The translations under genes and the position numbers were made by a program. The notes under the pieces are model-generated. The model was not told where the DNA came from, made no database searches, and was given only the letters and a program-made list of their open reading frames with translations. From Octopus sinensis (Eukaryota), in assembly GCF_006345805.1 (NCBI RefSeq), contig NC_043009.1, forward strand, positions 26,846,001 to 26,910,000: a stretch of 64,000 bases of DNA, in the 5' to 3' direction. Of this stretch, positions 12,690 through 25,250 are shown in pieces. Every line of letters begins with the position of its first letter. The first letter of the stretch is position 1.

Positions 12690-12868
12690 CAGTGCTTTTC
12701 AAACTTTTTGCTGGAGCGGAACCCCAAGGAAACATTCCACTGGCTTGAGGAACCCCTGTGCAATAATTTAATAGTCTTATGCACACATATCTGCACAGGA
12801 GAATTAAAAATTACTGCCGATTTTAGCTGTTTTGTAACTTCTTGCGGAACCCTGGTTGAAAACCACTG
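12690..12868. mobile_element. hAT (Charlie-type) MITE (179 bp)
   Basis: CAGTG...CACTG termini; perfect TSD CTCTAGGC. Confidence 0.9.
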
Positions 12869-12904
12869 CTCTAGGCACATGGCCCGAAATTTTTGGGGAG
12901 GGGA

Positions 12905-13423
12905 CCAGTCGATTAGATCGACTCCAGTACGCAACTGGTACTTAATTTATCGACCCCGAAAGAATGAAAGGCAAAGTCGACCTCGGTGGAATTTGAACTC
13001 AGAACGTAACGGCAGACGAAATACCTATTTCTTTACTATCCACAAGGGGCTGAACACAGAGAGGACAGACAAACGGATTAAGTCGATTAGATCGACCCCT
13101 TGTCCGTAACTGGTATTTATTTTATCGACCCCGAAAGGATAATAGGCAAAGTCGACCTCGGCGGAATTTGAACTCATAACGTAACGACAGACAAAATACC
13201 TATTTCTTTATTATCCACAAGGGGCTAAACATAGAAGGGACAGACATGGGTATTAAGTCGATTGCATCGACCCCAGTGCGTAACTTGTACTTATTTAATC
13301 AACCCTGAAAGGATGAAAGGCAAAGTCGACCTCAGCCTAATTTGAACTCACAGCGTAGCGGCAGACGAAATACCGCTAAGCATTTCGCCCGGCGTGCTAA
13401 CGTTTCTGCCAGCTCGCCGCCTT
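12905..13423 (-). repeat. Head-to-tail multimer of SINE family C (one full head plus two 5'-truncated units)
   Basis: Repeated AAAGTCGACCTCGGCGGAATTTGAACTCAGAAC core; junctions at 13025/13026 and 13200/13201. Confidence 0.88.
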
Positions 13424-13918
13424 GGTGTGTGAGTATATATAAGTGTGTGTGTGTGTGTGTTCGTTCGCCTTCCTTTGACTAAATATTTTTGCCTATTTCT
13501 AACATATATTAAACAACAAAAGTTTTGTTTATTTTTCTCCCTCTAGCAGCATACTGACACTTAATACATAATGTCATTGCGTGTGTATGTATATATATAT
13601 ATATATGTGTGTATGTATATATATATATATACATATTGAAAGTAGGTGGTGTTGTTGTTATATATATATAATGTATTGAGTATTAAAGGAAGTAGTGAGT
13701 ACTTAGTATGAAAGATTAAGAAAATGAGAGAGACTGAAACAACGTGTTAACGATACAAGATACTTTATTCGACTGCCGTTGTTGTACAAGTTAATTGTTT
13801 TGGCGGGAAACAAAGTGAAAGTCCTTTTATCAAGGGAGACAATGGGCGACGTTGATTGTTCATGTTTGTTGTGATGATTATATAACATCTTCCTTCTTTT
13901 TATTTATTTTTATTTATA

Positions 13919-16870
13919 TCATCTGTATCTACAGGGAATAATTATTCGTCGTCCACTTTTTGTGGTTTTATTATTTTGTAGTGTTGAATTCTGTAGTTGT
14001 GCTGTTTTTGTTTTTTCATGCGTGTTTGTTGACTTTGGAAATATATTTTCATAATCTAATTCTTCTGTTATGCGAACGTGTTCGTTTGTTTTAAGAATAT
14101 GTTGTCTATTTCGTTTGACTATATTACCTTCCTCTGTTATTACTAAGTATGAACGAGGTTGCTCTAGTTTTTAATTATTTTGCCCCTTCTAAACCAATTG
14201 TTGTTAAACTTAATTCTAACCGTGTCGTGTGGTTTTAACTCTGGGAGTTCTGCTGTAATGTTTGATTTCTTCTTTTCGTGAGGCCTGATACCAATTTTGT
14301 CGTGTAATATGTTTGGGAGATTTGTTCGCAATGTTCTATTCATTATTTGATTTGCAGGGGATGGTGCACCATTTTGTAATTTAGTCGTGCGTAATGCTAA
14401 GAGCGCTAACTGAGGTTCTTCGTCACTTTTGAATGCCTTTTTTAGCGTCTTTTTTATTGTCTGTATATTTCTCTCAACCATGCCATTCGCTTGATGATAA
14501 TGCGGGCTTGTCTTCGTGTGATTAAAATGCCAATTTTTTGCAAATATTTTGAATTCAGCCGAATTGAATTCTGGACCGTTGTCACTTACAACTGTTTGCG
14601 GAATTCCGAATTTAGCAAAAGTTTCTTTTAATTTTTTGATTACGGTTTTTGACTGGCAATCATTTATTTCGTGTAGATCAAAAAATCTTGTTGTATAGTC
14701 AATAATTGTGACATACGAATTTCCAGACAGGTGAAATACGTCTGTACCCACTTTGGTCCATGGTGTAGTAGGTATTTCATGATTTATTAGTGGTTCGGCT
14801 GCTTGTTGATTTTTGTAGTCAATGTAGTATGAGCATGTGTTAATCATGTCTTTGATTTGAGCGTTAATGCCGGGCCAGTATATACATTCCTTCGCTCTCT
14901 CTATGCATTTTTCGATACCCATGTGTCCGGTATGTATTTCCTGTAGAGCTTCTCTACGTAATGACTTAGGTACAATTATTCTTGAACCTTTTAGAACAAG
15001 ACCATTGACGATTGATATTTCATCACGAACGGATACGAATGGTTTGATGTTTATTGGTATTTTGTCTTTTGGGGGCCATTCTGTTCTTGTATATGTGACG
15101 AGTGTCTGTAGAGACGGGTCGTCTGCAGTGGCTTCTTTATACTCTTTTAATTTAGTGTCGGTTATGGGGTAATTTTTTATTACTGCATGAATGTGCGATT
15201 TCATATCTTCGTCTGGTACTTCTGGAGTATTTTGCTCAAGGTATGCACGTGATAGGGTATCTGCAACAATTGATTCTTTACCAGGTATGTGGTTTAGGTC
15301 AAAATCATATCTTTGTAATGTTAGTAGAAATCTTTGGATTCTGGGGGGGGATTTAGTGATCGATTTTTTTAATATTTGCTTCAACGGTTTATGGTCATTT
15401 TCGATTCTGAAATGAGTTCCGTATATAAACTGATGAAATTTCTTGCATGCGAAAACTATACTGAGAGCTTCGCTCTCTATCGGACAGTAGTTTTGTTCCG
15501 CTTGAGTTGTTGCACGAGATGCAAACGAAACAGGTAGCCATCTTTCGTTGTGTTTCTGCTCAAGTATCGCTCCGAGCCCATGCTTACTAGCATCTGTAGT
15601 TATTTTTATTGGTAGATCTGGATCATAAAATTGTAGCACTGGTTTTCTGGTAATCATTTCTTTTAGCTTTTTTATTGCTTCGATTTGTGGTTTGTCGAAT
15701 GACCATAACGTGTCACTCTGTAGAAGCTGGCGCAATGGTGCTGTGACTTCGGAGTAGTTAGATAAAAATTTACATAGGTAATTGTCATACCTAGGAATCT
15801 TTGTAATTCTTTTTTACTTGTTGGCAGTGGCATGTGAATGATTGCTTGTACCTTGGTTGGATCTTGTTTTATCCCTTCGCTGGTTAATATATGCCCAAGG
15901 TACTTGATTTGTGATTCATAGAAGATACACTTTGATTTATTTAACTTTAATCCGTGCTTTCGGATTCGATAGAAAACTTGTTGTAGTCTATTTGTGTGTT
16001 CTTCTAAAGTGTTGGACCAGATTATGATGTCATCCTGTGAATTTCTTGCTCCTTCTATGCCCTCTATTATTTTTGAAATTTCTTTTTGGAAAACTTCACT
16101 GGCGCTGTGAATTCCAAAGGGTAGTCGTGTGAAGCGATACCTTTCAAAAGGTGTGTTGAACGTTAAAAGATGGGAGCTTTCTTCGTCAACTGGAATTTGC
16201 CAGTATCCATTAGATGCATCGAGTTTTGAAAAATATTTAGGGTTATGCATTTGTGCAAAAATGTCCTCCGCTGTAGGGAGTTTGAAATGTTGCCTTTTTA
16301 TGGCTTTGTTTAGATTCTTGGGGTCTAAACAGAGTCGGAGTTTTCCGTTGGCTTTTTCAACGATGACTAGGGAATTTACCCAGTCTGTAGGTTCACTAAC
16401 AGGTTTTATGATATCTAATTCTGTCATTCTTTTTAATTCTTTGTTGAGTTTTTCTTTTATAGAAAAAGGAACCGATCTTGGTGGATGAATTACAGGAGTT
16501 ATTTGTGGATCCACTGTGATATGATGTGTTATTGACAAAGTGCCGATTTCTCCGAAACAGTCTTCATATTTTTCTAATATGTCGTTTGTGTTCGACGAAT
16601 TTATTTTTGAAATTCTCTGAATCAGGTTCAGATCTTCAGCTGTCTTTGCATCTATAACTGCGTGCGAGTTTGTTTTTGCAACAATGAATTTTATTTGCTT
16701 TGATAATTCTTTGTATTTAATGACTGCTGTGCATTTTCCTAGCACTTTTATAGCTGTGTTATTATAAGCTGATAATCGAGTTGAAGTTTTTTGCAGTTGT
16801 GGTTTTGGAATTATATTTCTATATTCTCTGAATGGCAGTACGGTTACGTCTGCTCCTGTATCTATTTGAA
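13919..16870 (-). pseudogene. pol: Gypsy pol (protease, RT, RNase H, integrase) with frameshifts
   Basis: DTGA protease, LDASNGYWQIP/QDDIII RT, TDASKHGLGA...DHKPL RNase H, SDNGPEF...ERNIQT integrase; C-terminus SGRRIIIPCRYR* ends at 13919; frameshifts near 15782 and 14170. Confidence 0.95.
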
Positions 16871-17884
16871 TGTTACATTCGAGTTGTTCACTTTTAGTTC
16901 GACCGTCCAAATGTCTTTTGGAGTCTTGAACTTTTCGATTTTGTGCACGCGGGAATTATTTGCAGTGATCATTTCGAGGGCATGTGTATCGTCATCTGAT
17001 TCATCGTCGGTATGTATCTCTACTTTATGTACAAATTTTCTTGATTTGCACATTTTTGCATAGTGTCCTTGTTTCTTGCATTTTTCACATGTCTTGTGAA
17101 ATGCTGGGCATTTATTTCTTTTGTGATTATAACCACAATAGTGACAGTTAGTGACGTAGTGTTGACTTGGCGCTTGAAACTTCGCGGGCTTTCTGTCACT
17201 TCCGCCTTGTTCGTTTTGATGTCTGGATTGCATATGGCGGGTTATTTGAGTTTTGGCGCCTTTTCTGTCGTGTTGACTATATACCCTCGAGATTTCGTTA
17301 TCTCTTGTTTTGGATGTGGCATTTAGCATCCTTGATTGGAGTCGTGTTTGCTCTGCACTCTGACCTGCATGAATTGTTTTTTGTAGGTCTAAATTTGGTT
17401 CTCTCAATAATCTTTCTCTTAATCTCATGTGTCTGATTCCACATATCAGAATATCTTTGGTGAGACTGTCTGTGAGGTTGCCGAATTCGCACTGTTGTGC
17501 CTTTTGGCGCAACTCTACTACATACTCATCGAATTTTTGATGTTCCGCTTGTCCACATGTGAAGAATTTGTGTCTTAGGAAAGTTATGTTTTTCCTGGGT
17601 TCACAATATGCATCGAATTTTTCGATTACTGTTTGAAGGTTCATTTCTTCGTCGGGTGAATCGAAATTCAGTGTGGAATGGATATCTCGGCCTTTAGAAC
17701 CGATGCAAGTTAAAAACATTGAAGTTTTTACTTTGTCTGGCTTCATGTCACTTTCTGTTGCTATCAAAAAGAGATTGAATTCTTTTTTCCACTTTTTCCA
17801 TGCTGCGGCTAGATTTTCCTGATTAAAGTCTAGGTCTTTTGGATGCGGTAAATTTTCCATTTCGTCTTTGAAGTATGATTTCAA
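16862..17884 (-). CDS. gag: Gypsy gag with zinc knuckles, running into the protease start
   Basis: 340-aa ORF with CHYCGYNH...C and CEKCKKQGHYAKMC knuckles; shifts frame just before IDTGAD. Confidence 0.92.
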   Translation of the reverse strand: MKSYFKDEMENLPHPKDLDFNQENLAAAWKKWKKEFNLFLIATESDMKPDKVKTSMFLTCIGSKGRDIHSTLNFDSPDEEMNLQTVIEKFDAYCEPRKNITFLRHKFFTCGQAEHQKFDEYVVELRQKAQQCEFGNLTDSLTKDILICGIRHMRLRERLLREPNLDLQKTIHAGQSAEQTRLQSRMLNATSKTRDNEISRVYSQHDRKGAKTQITRHMQSRHQNEQGGSDRKPAKFQAPSQHYVTNCHYCGYNHKRNKCPAFHKTCEKCKKQGHYAKMCKSRKFVHKVEIHTDDESDDDTHALEMITANNSRVHKIEKFKTPKDIWTVELKVNNSNVTFK

Positions 17885-18344
17885 CTTCTTTTTTCCTTTG
17901 GTTTCTGTATTTTGGGTTCTTTTAGTATTCTGACACCATGTTGTTGTTATATATATATAATGTATTGAGTATTAAAGGAAGTAGTGAGTACTTAGTATGA
18001 AAGATTAAGAAAATGAGAGAGACTGAAACAACGTGTTAACGATACAAGATACTTTATTCGACTGCCGTTGTTGTACAAGTTAATTGTTTTGGCGGGAAAC
18101 AAAGTGAAAGTCCTTTTATCAAGGGAGACAATGGGCGACGTTGATTGTTCATGTTTGTTGTGATGATTATATAACAGGTGGGTACGCGCGCGTCTGTTTG
18201 TGTTAAAGTACGAATATTGACACCTATCAGGATTTTTTTTGTTTTGTTTTTTTCAAATAAAAACAAAATCCGAATTTATTTGTTTATGCATTGTTTACAT
18301 ATTTATTTGCTTGGGAAGATTATAGTTGAGATAAGAACAAAATC

Positions 18345-18681
18345 TTTTATCTCTTACTTATCTCAGTCATTTGACTGCGGCCATGGTGGGACACCGGCTT
18401 GATGGACTTTAGTCTAATAAATCGACCCAGCCTGGTAATTATCCTGTCGTGTCGCTAAGTTATGAGGACGTAAACACACCAGCACCGGTTATGAAGCTGT
18501 GGTGGTGGACAAACAGACACAGAAAGGCACACATACATATATATACTTATACGACGGGCTTCTTCCAGTTTTCATCTACCATATCGACTCAAAAGGTTTT
18601 GGTGTGTTGAGGCTTGAGTAGAACAAGGTGTCACGCAGTGGGACTGAACCTGGAACCACGTGGTTGGGATGCAAACTTCTT
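18345..18681 (-). mobile_element. tRNA-derived SINE (family A), body; split by the Tx1 LINE
   Basis: Matches other family A copies from AAGAAGTTTGC..CCCAACCAC onward; its head lies at 25489-25527. Confidence 0.85.
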
Positions 18682-18974
18682 TATTTCATTAAATTGGCCA
18701 CACAGGCCGTACAAAGATGGGATGAAGAAGGACAGGCAAAACATAAAAGATGAAGAAGCTGCTTTAATTAAAAGTTAATGTCCGAATGAATGATGATAGC
18801 AGAAAATGACATAATCATAATGCAATTAAAAATATAATGGAATATAATTATTATTGCAATATGCAATAATTAACGACAAAAGGAAAGGCATCCAGCCATC
18901 TGGGTAGGACCTTCACTTGTTACTACTGACCCCATTTACCTTGTGCCGATCACTCTCAACTTGCTTGCCACAGA

Positions 18975-19364
18975 CCTGAACTCAGAACGTAACGGCAGAC
19001 GAAATACCTATTTCTTTATTATCCACAAGGGGCTAAACATAGAGAGGACAGACATAGGTATTAAGTCGATTACATCGACTCCAGTGTGTAACTGGTACTT
19101 AATTTATCGACCCCGAAAGGATGAAAGGCAAAGTCGACCTCGGCGGAATTTGCACTCAGAAGATAAAGACAGACGAAATACCTATTTCTTTACTACCCAC
19201 AAGGGGCTAAACATAGAGGGGGCAAACAAGGACAGACAAACGGATTAAGTCGATTAGATCGACCCCAGTGCGCAAATTGTACTTATTTAATCGACACCGA
19301 AAGGATGAAAGGCAAAGTCGACCTCAGCGGAATTTGAACTCAGAACGTAACGGCAGACGAAATA
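18975..19364 (-). repeat. Head-to-tail multimer of 5'-truncated SINE family C units inside LINE ORF2
   Basis: Same units and junctions (19008/19009, 19182/19183) as at 12.9-13.4 kb. Confidence 0.85.
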
Positions 19365-22300
19365 TAATATCCGTACTTCTTTTCACGAATGCACTCAGTG
19401 ACAGGCACCCTTTTCTCCAGTCTGATCTTACTTACGAGGTGGTAACTAAAAAAGTTGACCAGCCCCTGGTCGGAGACAAAGGTACCCGTCGCTATTCCTC
19501 TTACCCGCGTCTTCCATACTGTTTCTTTCAGTATGGCTACTACGCAGAAGAAACAAGCCCTCCTTTCCCTGTCATGGGAAGGAGGCGGTACATTTTCGAT
19601 GATGGACTCCGCTGATAGCTGAAAACAGTTGTTCGACAAAACCTATCAGTCCCGATAACTCCGGACACTACACGAATGCATGCAAGACGGTTTCCCTGTC
19701 CTGCCCGCATCTCGGGCATATCAGTGAGACGGCACTACCGTGCCTCGACAGCTTATCTCGAACCGGTAGTGCCGCACGGAAGCACTGCCAAGCTAAGGAT
19801 TTCTGGTAATTATCCTGATACTTCGGCCCGAACGTTCTTCTGAACTGATTGATCAACTGATTTTCATCGTAGGCCAGGGTCTCCCCCAAGGCGTCTTCTG
19901 ACATAGATCCCACTAACCCGCTATAGAACTCCGCGATAGAACTCCTGTTGCCGGCATTGCCCACCCGAGAGAGTAGCAGAAGCGCCTGGCGACACTCCAA
20001 TTGCCAGTCCCCCACCCTAGGTCTCTGCTTGATCCATATACCAATGTCCATTAAGGACGTTAACCGCGGAAGGTAGAACCGGACGTGCGGTGACCACACC
20101 TGCTCCCCATCCAGGTAAAGACAGAGGTGCCTCAGCCTTATCGCGAGTTTTCGCATCCTTAGCCAAGGCATCCCCAGCCCACCCTTTAGCGGTTTCTGGC
20201 AGCAGACAGAGCGCTTCACAAGCGGCATTCCTCTCTTCCACAAAAAGTGGAAAAGAATTCTCTCCATCTTCTTCAGCCACAAATCGGCGCAAGGCACCAC
20301 AGACAGACAGTAGATGATAACTGATGCTATAAACATCCGCACCACCTCTGCCTTTCGTAGCAAGGATAATGCCCGCCCAGACCAGGTCTAAGTTAGAGCA
20401 GTCACCTTACTGGTTACCTCACTCCAATTTTTCTCTATCTGGAGGTCTGGGCCAAATCAGATCCCAAGCAGCTTAACAGGATCTTCCATCCAACGCCCCA
20501 CGACGTTATTGGACGCCATCGACTGCCCCTCCAGGCACCAAGTTGCAAACTGACCAACTTGTCCTTGTTAACCTATGCTCCTGCCATCGCCTCGGAACTT
20601 TTGATAGCCTTTTCCACGACTGGAAGCTGGCCCTCATCTGCCACGATGATGGAGAGTCATCCGCATACGCCGTAGCTCCTCTTCCACATCACAGATAATT
20701 CGGCGCACCTCCTAGTGCCTCCAACTTCCGCAGCAATGGCTCAAGATCCAACACATACAAAATACAAAAACGGATACGGGACACCCCTGACGCACTGAGC
20801 GCTCGATCGTGAATGGCTTCGAAAGGAAACCATTCACCTAGACGACAGACTCGATGTCGCTGTACAAAGCAGCAATCCAACCGCGGAAGGTCGGGCCCAG
20901 GTCAGCCTTCTCGAGGACCGCCGCCAAGTACCGGTGATCTACCCTATCAAATGCTTTAGACTGTTCTAAATGTTCCAGTGCCCCCCCCCCCTACGCCAGA
21001 AAGCTTCCCTACTCTCTCTAAGAAGTAGCGTAAAGGTGGAGATTATCGTGGGTCGATCTTCCCGGGATGGCGCAAGTTTGTGCCCCGCCAACAAGTCTGT
21101 CCATGACCCGCGTCAACCTTTTCGCTAGCACCTTGGCCAAAATCTTTAACTTTGTATTTAGCAGAGTTATGCGTCTAAAATTACTTATCTCGTCCTTCGG
21201 GTCCTTTCTGATCAACGTCACCACCCCGGCTTGAAGACTTGGGAACTCTCCCATTCTGTTGCCAGTTGGCGTAAACACTGGCCAGCAGGTGGCCGAACAA
21301 GTCTGGCATGCTTTTTATAAAATTCATAAGGTAAAGCATCGACTTCTCCCCGGGGCATTCGCCCAGCACCTCGATCACCTCCTCGGCTGTGATTGGTCCT
21401 TCACAGCACTCAGCCTCTCGTGCCGAGAGACGCGGGGGCCGCCAGTCAGGAAGTCCCTAAGGGCCTCACCATGATCCAGCGTCCCGCTCCTCCCGAACAA
21501 CTCGGCAAAGTGCTTGTAAAGCGCCTCACACATTTCGTCCCGTCCATCGACCGAACGCCCATTGTCATCAACCAGAGATCTAATTGTGGCATCATTGCCA
21601 CGCTGGGTTTCTGCCGTACGGGTCCATCCGGCAACATTAATTCCCTTACGGCCCAATGCTCGCACTTTAGCCCGAACTCTGCACCCCTGGTGCTTGGCTT
21701 TGAGGTGACGGTCTAAGGCCGTTCTCGCTGCCAAAATGTGAGATGCAGAGCCTAACCTCAACGCCTCCTCTAAGTCCTTAACTAATCGTCCTTCTATTCT
21801 GGTCTTATCTAGTTTTAGCTGATGGCTAAGCCTAATAGACTCAAAACGAATGGCTCCCTTGAGGGCGAACTACCGCCGGTTATTAACCATGGCGTCGGTT
21901 AACACCCTCTGTACTAGTTCCTTAATCCGGCTACGGTATGTCTCGCAAGTCAACATAGACTTGTTCAGCTTCCAGTAGCCAGATCCTCACTTAACTGTAC
22001 TATGTTCAGCCTACACTTAACCATTCGATGGTCAGTGTAAGATACTTGAACAAGCTGTGGACAACTAAACTAGCCTTATCTCTAGTTCTAATTACTATCC
22101 TATCTAAGTCAAACCTGCATCGATCAGCCAGCTGGAAGCGCTTAAGCAGATCCACGAGACGTGAGTTTATCTTCCTACCAGTCGAGTCAACACTATCGAT
22201 GCGTGCGTCAACGATAGCGTTAAAGTCTCCTAATACCACTTCGACGTCACGAGAAAGTTCTCTAGGAGACCGATAAAAATCAGTTTGTAATCCTCTAGCA

Positions 22301-22385
22301 CAAAGTGCGTAGATACCGCTCAACCTGAAGGCCTTACTGCTGTAATCACATGAAGTACGACAAGCCCACCCTCAGGGTCCACATA

Positions 22386-23676
22386 CGAGGGGCGTTCAAT
22401 AAGTAATGCCTCTGACCCACTTCCCATAGCAGTAGAGCAACGAAACTTGGCACAGTTATTAGTCTTTTTCTACATAGGGACCACCCAGAGTTACGCATTC
22501 CTCCCATCGTTTGATGCGGCTCTGGAGACCGTTTTTGTAGAAGAACCCAGCTTGGTCCTCCAACCTCAACGTGACTTCAGAAATCAAGGCTGCATCATCT
22601 GGGAAACGCTTTCCTTTCAAAAACAACTTCATGATTGGGAAGAGATGAAAATCAGAGGGTGCAAGGTCAGGAAAGTAGGGGGGATGGGGAGGAGTTCATA
22701 GCCATACGCCTGTGCTTCTGATCTGGCGACAAGCGAGTTGTGGACCGGAGCGTTGTCCTGCAGGAGGAGGATGCCTTTGCTGATCTTGCCCCGCCTCTTG
22801 ATTTTGATAACTTCTCTTAATTTCCTCAAAAGTGAAGCGTAATAGGCTCCTGCAATTGTGGTACTCTTTGCCAGGAAATCTGTCATCACTACTCCGTCCT
22901 GGTCCCAGAAGACTGTGAGCATGACCTTGCCAGGGGAGGGCTGCACCCTTGCCTTCTTTGGAGGGGGTGAGTCACGGTGCTTCCACTGTATTGACTGGGC
23001 TTTGGTCTCTGGATCATCGTGATGGACCCAGGTTTCATCCTGTGTAATCAGTCTTTTGAAAAATTTTGACTCATCTTCTTGGCACATCTCCAAATTCACC
23101 CTCGAGCACTCGACGCGTTCTTGCTTCTGGAAAGGCGTGAGCAACCTGGGAATCCATCTGGCAGACACCTTTTGCATATGCAAATGGTCATGAATGATAG
23201 TTTCCACAGACCCGGTACTAATCTTGACCTCATGGGCTATTTGGCGAATAATTATGCGTCGATCTTCCAAAATGGCAGCCTCAACTTGACGGACAGATAC
23301 CTCATCAATGGCAGAAGGGGGCGACCAGATCTGGGAGCTGTTTCCACAGAGTTCCGACCATGTTTGAATTCACGATGCCAGCGTTTTACAAGGTCATATG
23401 ATGGGGCATCATCACCATAAGTTACTTTCATTTCATCAAAAGTCTCCCGTGGTGTGCGTCCTTTCAAATACAAAAACCGGATCACTGCTCGACACTCAAC
23501 AGGCTCCATTTCACACTTGACTCGGTTCAAACACCTGTAAATCAGAAACCACAATTAATTCAGAGCTGTAATTTGCCACTTACTCTATAGAGATATAAAT
23601 GATTGCACATGCAAAATTTCATCTAGATCAAACAACTGCAAGTGGGTCAGAGGCATTACTTATTGAACGTCCCTCG
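22386..23676 (-). mobile_element. Mariner DNA transposon (DD34D, irritans-like), 1291 bp
   Basis: About 37-bp TIRs CGAGG(G/G)(G/A)CGTTCAATAAGTAATGCCTCTGACCCACTT with one mismatch; TA duplication (22384-22385, 23677-23678); inserted in the LINE endonuclease at GTC TA|T GTG GAC. Confidence 0.96.
22459..23509 (-). pseudogene. Mariner transposase with two 1-nt frameshifts
   Basis: MEPVECRAVIRFL...SGRP HTH region, WIPRLL, TQDETW, QDNAPVH and (restored) PYFPDLAPSDFHLF; ends YVEKD*. Confidence 0.93.
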
Positions 23677-23954
23677 TAGACTGCACTTGTCTGCAAAGCC
23701 AAGCCTTTATGGATTAGTACCACTACACCCCCTCGTCCTCCTGTCTGGTTAGGAGACAGGATTTTTTCATAGTCATTCAGGAGAGGCGAGAAGGTTTGTA
23801 GACTGTCCAGCTTGTATATCATGTAATCATGATATCACTTGTATATCATGTAATCTGAGGTCGTCGAGGAAATATGCCTGCTTCCACTTCGAAATCAGAC
23901 CACTCACATTCAAACAACCAAGGTTAAATAAGGTCATTACTAAAAGTAAAGGTT

Positions 23955-25250
23955 CTACTTATCCTTCACTGGAGAAGTTGGGGTCGACTTTACCACGCGG
24001 AAATTAGTCCCTTCCTTCTCCTCCTTCTTCAGATATTTAGGTAAATCTGCAACCCTCCAGATGACTGTAGAATGCCTTTCCTTTAATTCCCTGTATAGAG
24101 TTTCCTCTATCGAGGCGCACCTACTTTTCAGGTCATTGTGTTGGGAGTACAATTTTGTTGTGGGATGCCCCACAACAATGACATTGGTATATTTATCTTT
24201 TGCATTAAATCCTACCAAAATAATGTTCTCTTTGTCTTTTTTCACAGGGACGGTTGGGCGGGGTCTTTTTTTATTGTCTGTGGTGCTTCGTTTGTATTCT
24301 TTGAAGGGGATATGGATGGGGATGGTGCCAATGTTCGTTTCCGTACTACAGTAAACTCCCCCTCTCATACCTCCATGATATCGTCTGGCGGAGTTGCATT
24401 TTTCCAATAGGTGCCTTAGATTTCAAGGGGGCGGGTGATTTTGTTTTCGTGGGGGCTTGTGTGTGCAGAGGTTGAGTTTTTTCATTATTTTGTTTGGAGA
24501 CCGGCACCGCAGCAGCGGGGGTGGGAGTATTTGTCTTTGTGGAGGTTGGTGGGTGTGTGGGAGAGGGAATGTTTTTTACACTTGAAGGGCCTGGTGTCTG
24601 CGCCATCTTCTTTTTTCGTTCCTCACAATTTGCCCAAATGTGGCCGTTTTTGCCTCATTTGTAACATGTGGGTTTTTTTACCCTCCACTTAGATTTTTAA
24701 TATAGTATTGTCACCCACAAGTACCCAGTCTGGAAGCATTTCGATATCTTCCTGGGCCCCCTGAATGATTGCCGAGATGCTCTGCCCGAGCCAATTCTGG
24801 AGGGCAGAGCATGTGATTTGGAAAAACCTGTCCGCTCTGTTAAACAACAGGGCGGCCATTACCTCCCTTGGACCCACTTCTGGTGGCACTTCTGACACCT
24901 TTACACGGGAAGTACGCCTCCCCGTGTAGGTTGGGAGAAACACCACTTCTTTAGTTTTCAGAGGGCTCACAGAGTACGTGCGAGCCATTTCCTCTGTGGC
25001 AAAACGCACCTCCACGGTACCATATGTCTTGCCTCTTGCAATATAAGTTATGTCTTTCCATATTGGGCAAGACATTTTTCAATGTTCTCCTTTTCAAAGT
25101 GCTTGAAGTGCTTGTTTTCTGTACAGCAGGTTTTAAACAAAATTAATTTTCTCTCCGTATCCACAGTGGTGGAGGAAGGTGTTATTTTCACATCACTGTC
25201 CTCCTCTTTCATTCTTTGGAAATATTCCTGTAGCATTCCTACAGGGATAT
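23955..25250 (-). pseudogene. Tx1 LINE ORF1 (gag-like, frameshifted)
   Basis: Overlapping ORF pieces 25048-25380, 24689-25075, 24346-24606 and 23955-24407; KPTCYK..GH...C knuckle. Confidence 0.7.

Larger units (their letters stand above)
13650..18176 (-). mobile_element. Gypsy LTR retrotransposon, Mag-like, full length
   Basis: 238-bp LTRs 13650-13887 and 17939-18176 identical by eye; 5-bp TSD GGTGG; PBS TGGTGTCAGAA (tRNA-Leu type, 17928-17938); PPT AAAAGAAGGAAGA next to the 3' LTR; gag-PR-RT-RNaseH-IN order. Confidence 0.97.
18936..23937 (-). pseudogene. Tx1 LINE ORF2 (APE endonuclease + RT), interrupted by a mariner and a SINE array
   Basis: ORF fragments 23628-23822, 22006-22323, 21375-21761, 21018-21278, 20689-20880, 19668-20363 and 19340-19639 are collinear ORF2 pieces. 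Confidence 0.88.

Noticed and set aside
12905-13423. CRISPR-like repeated units
   Set aside because: The units are about 175-bp SINE bodies without unique spacers, in eukaryotic DNA with no cas genes.
16855-16880. Programmed gag-pol frameshift
   Set aside because: The break falls inside the protease, 2 codons before DTG, with no canonical slippery heptamer; a 1-nt deletion explains it.
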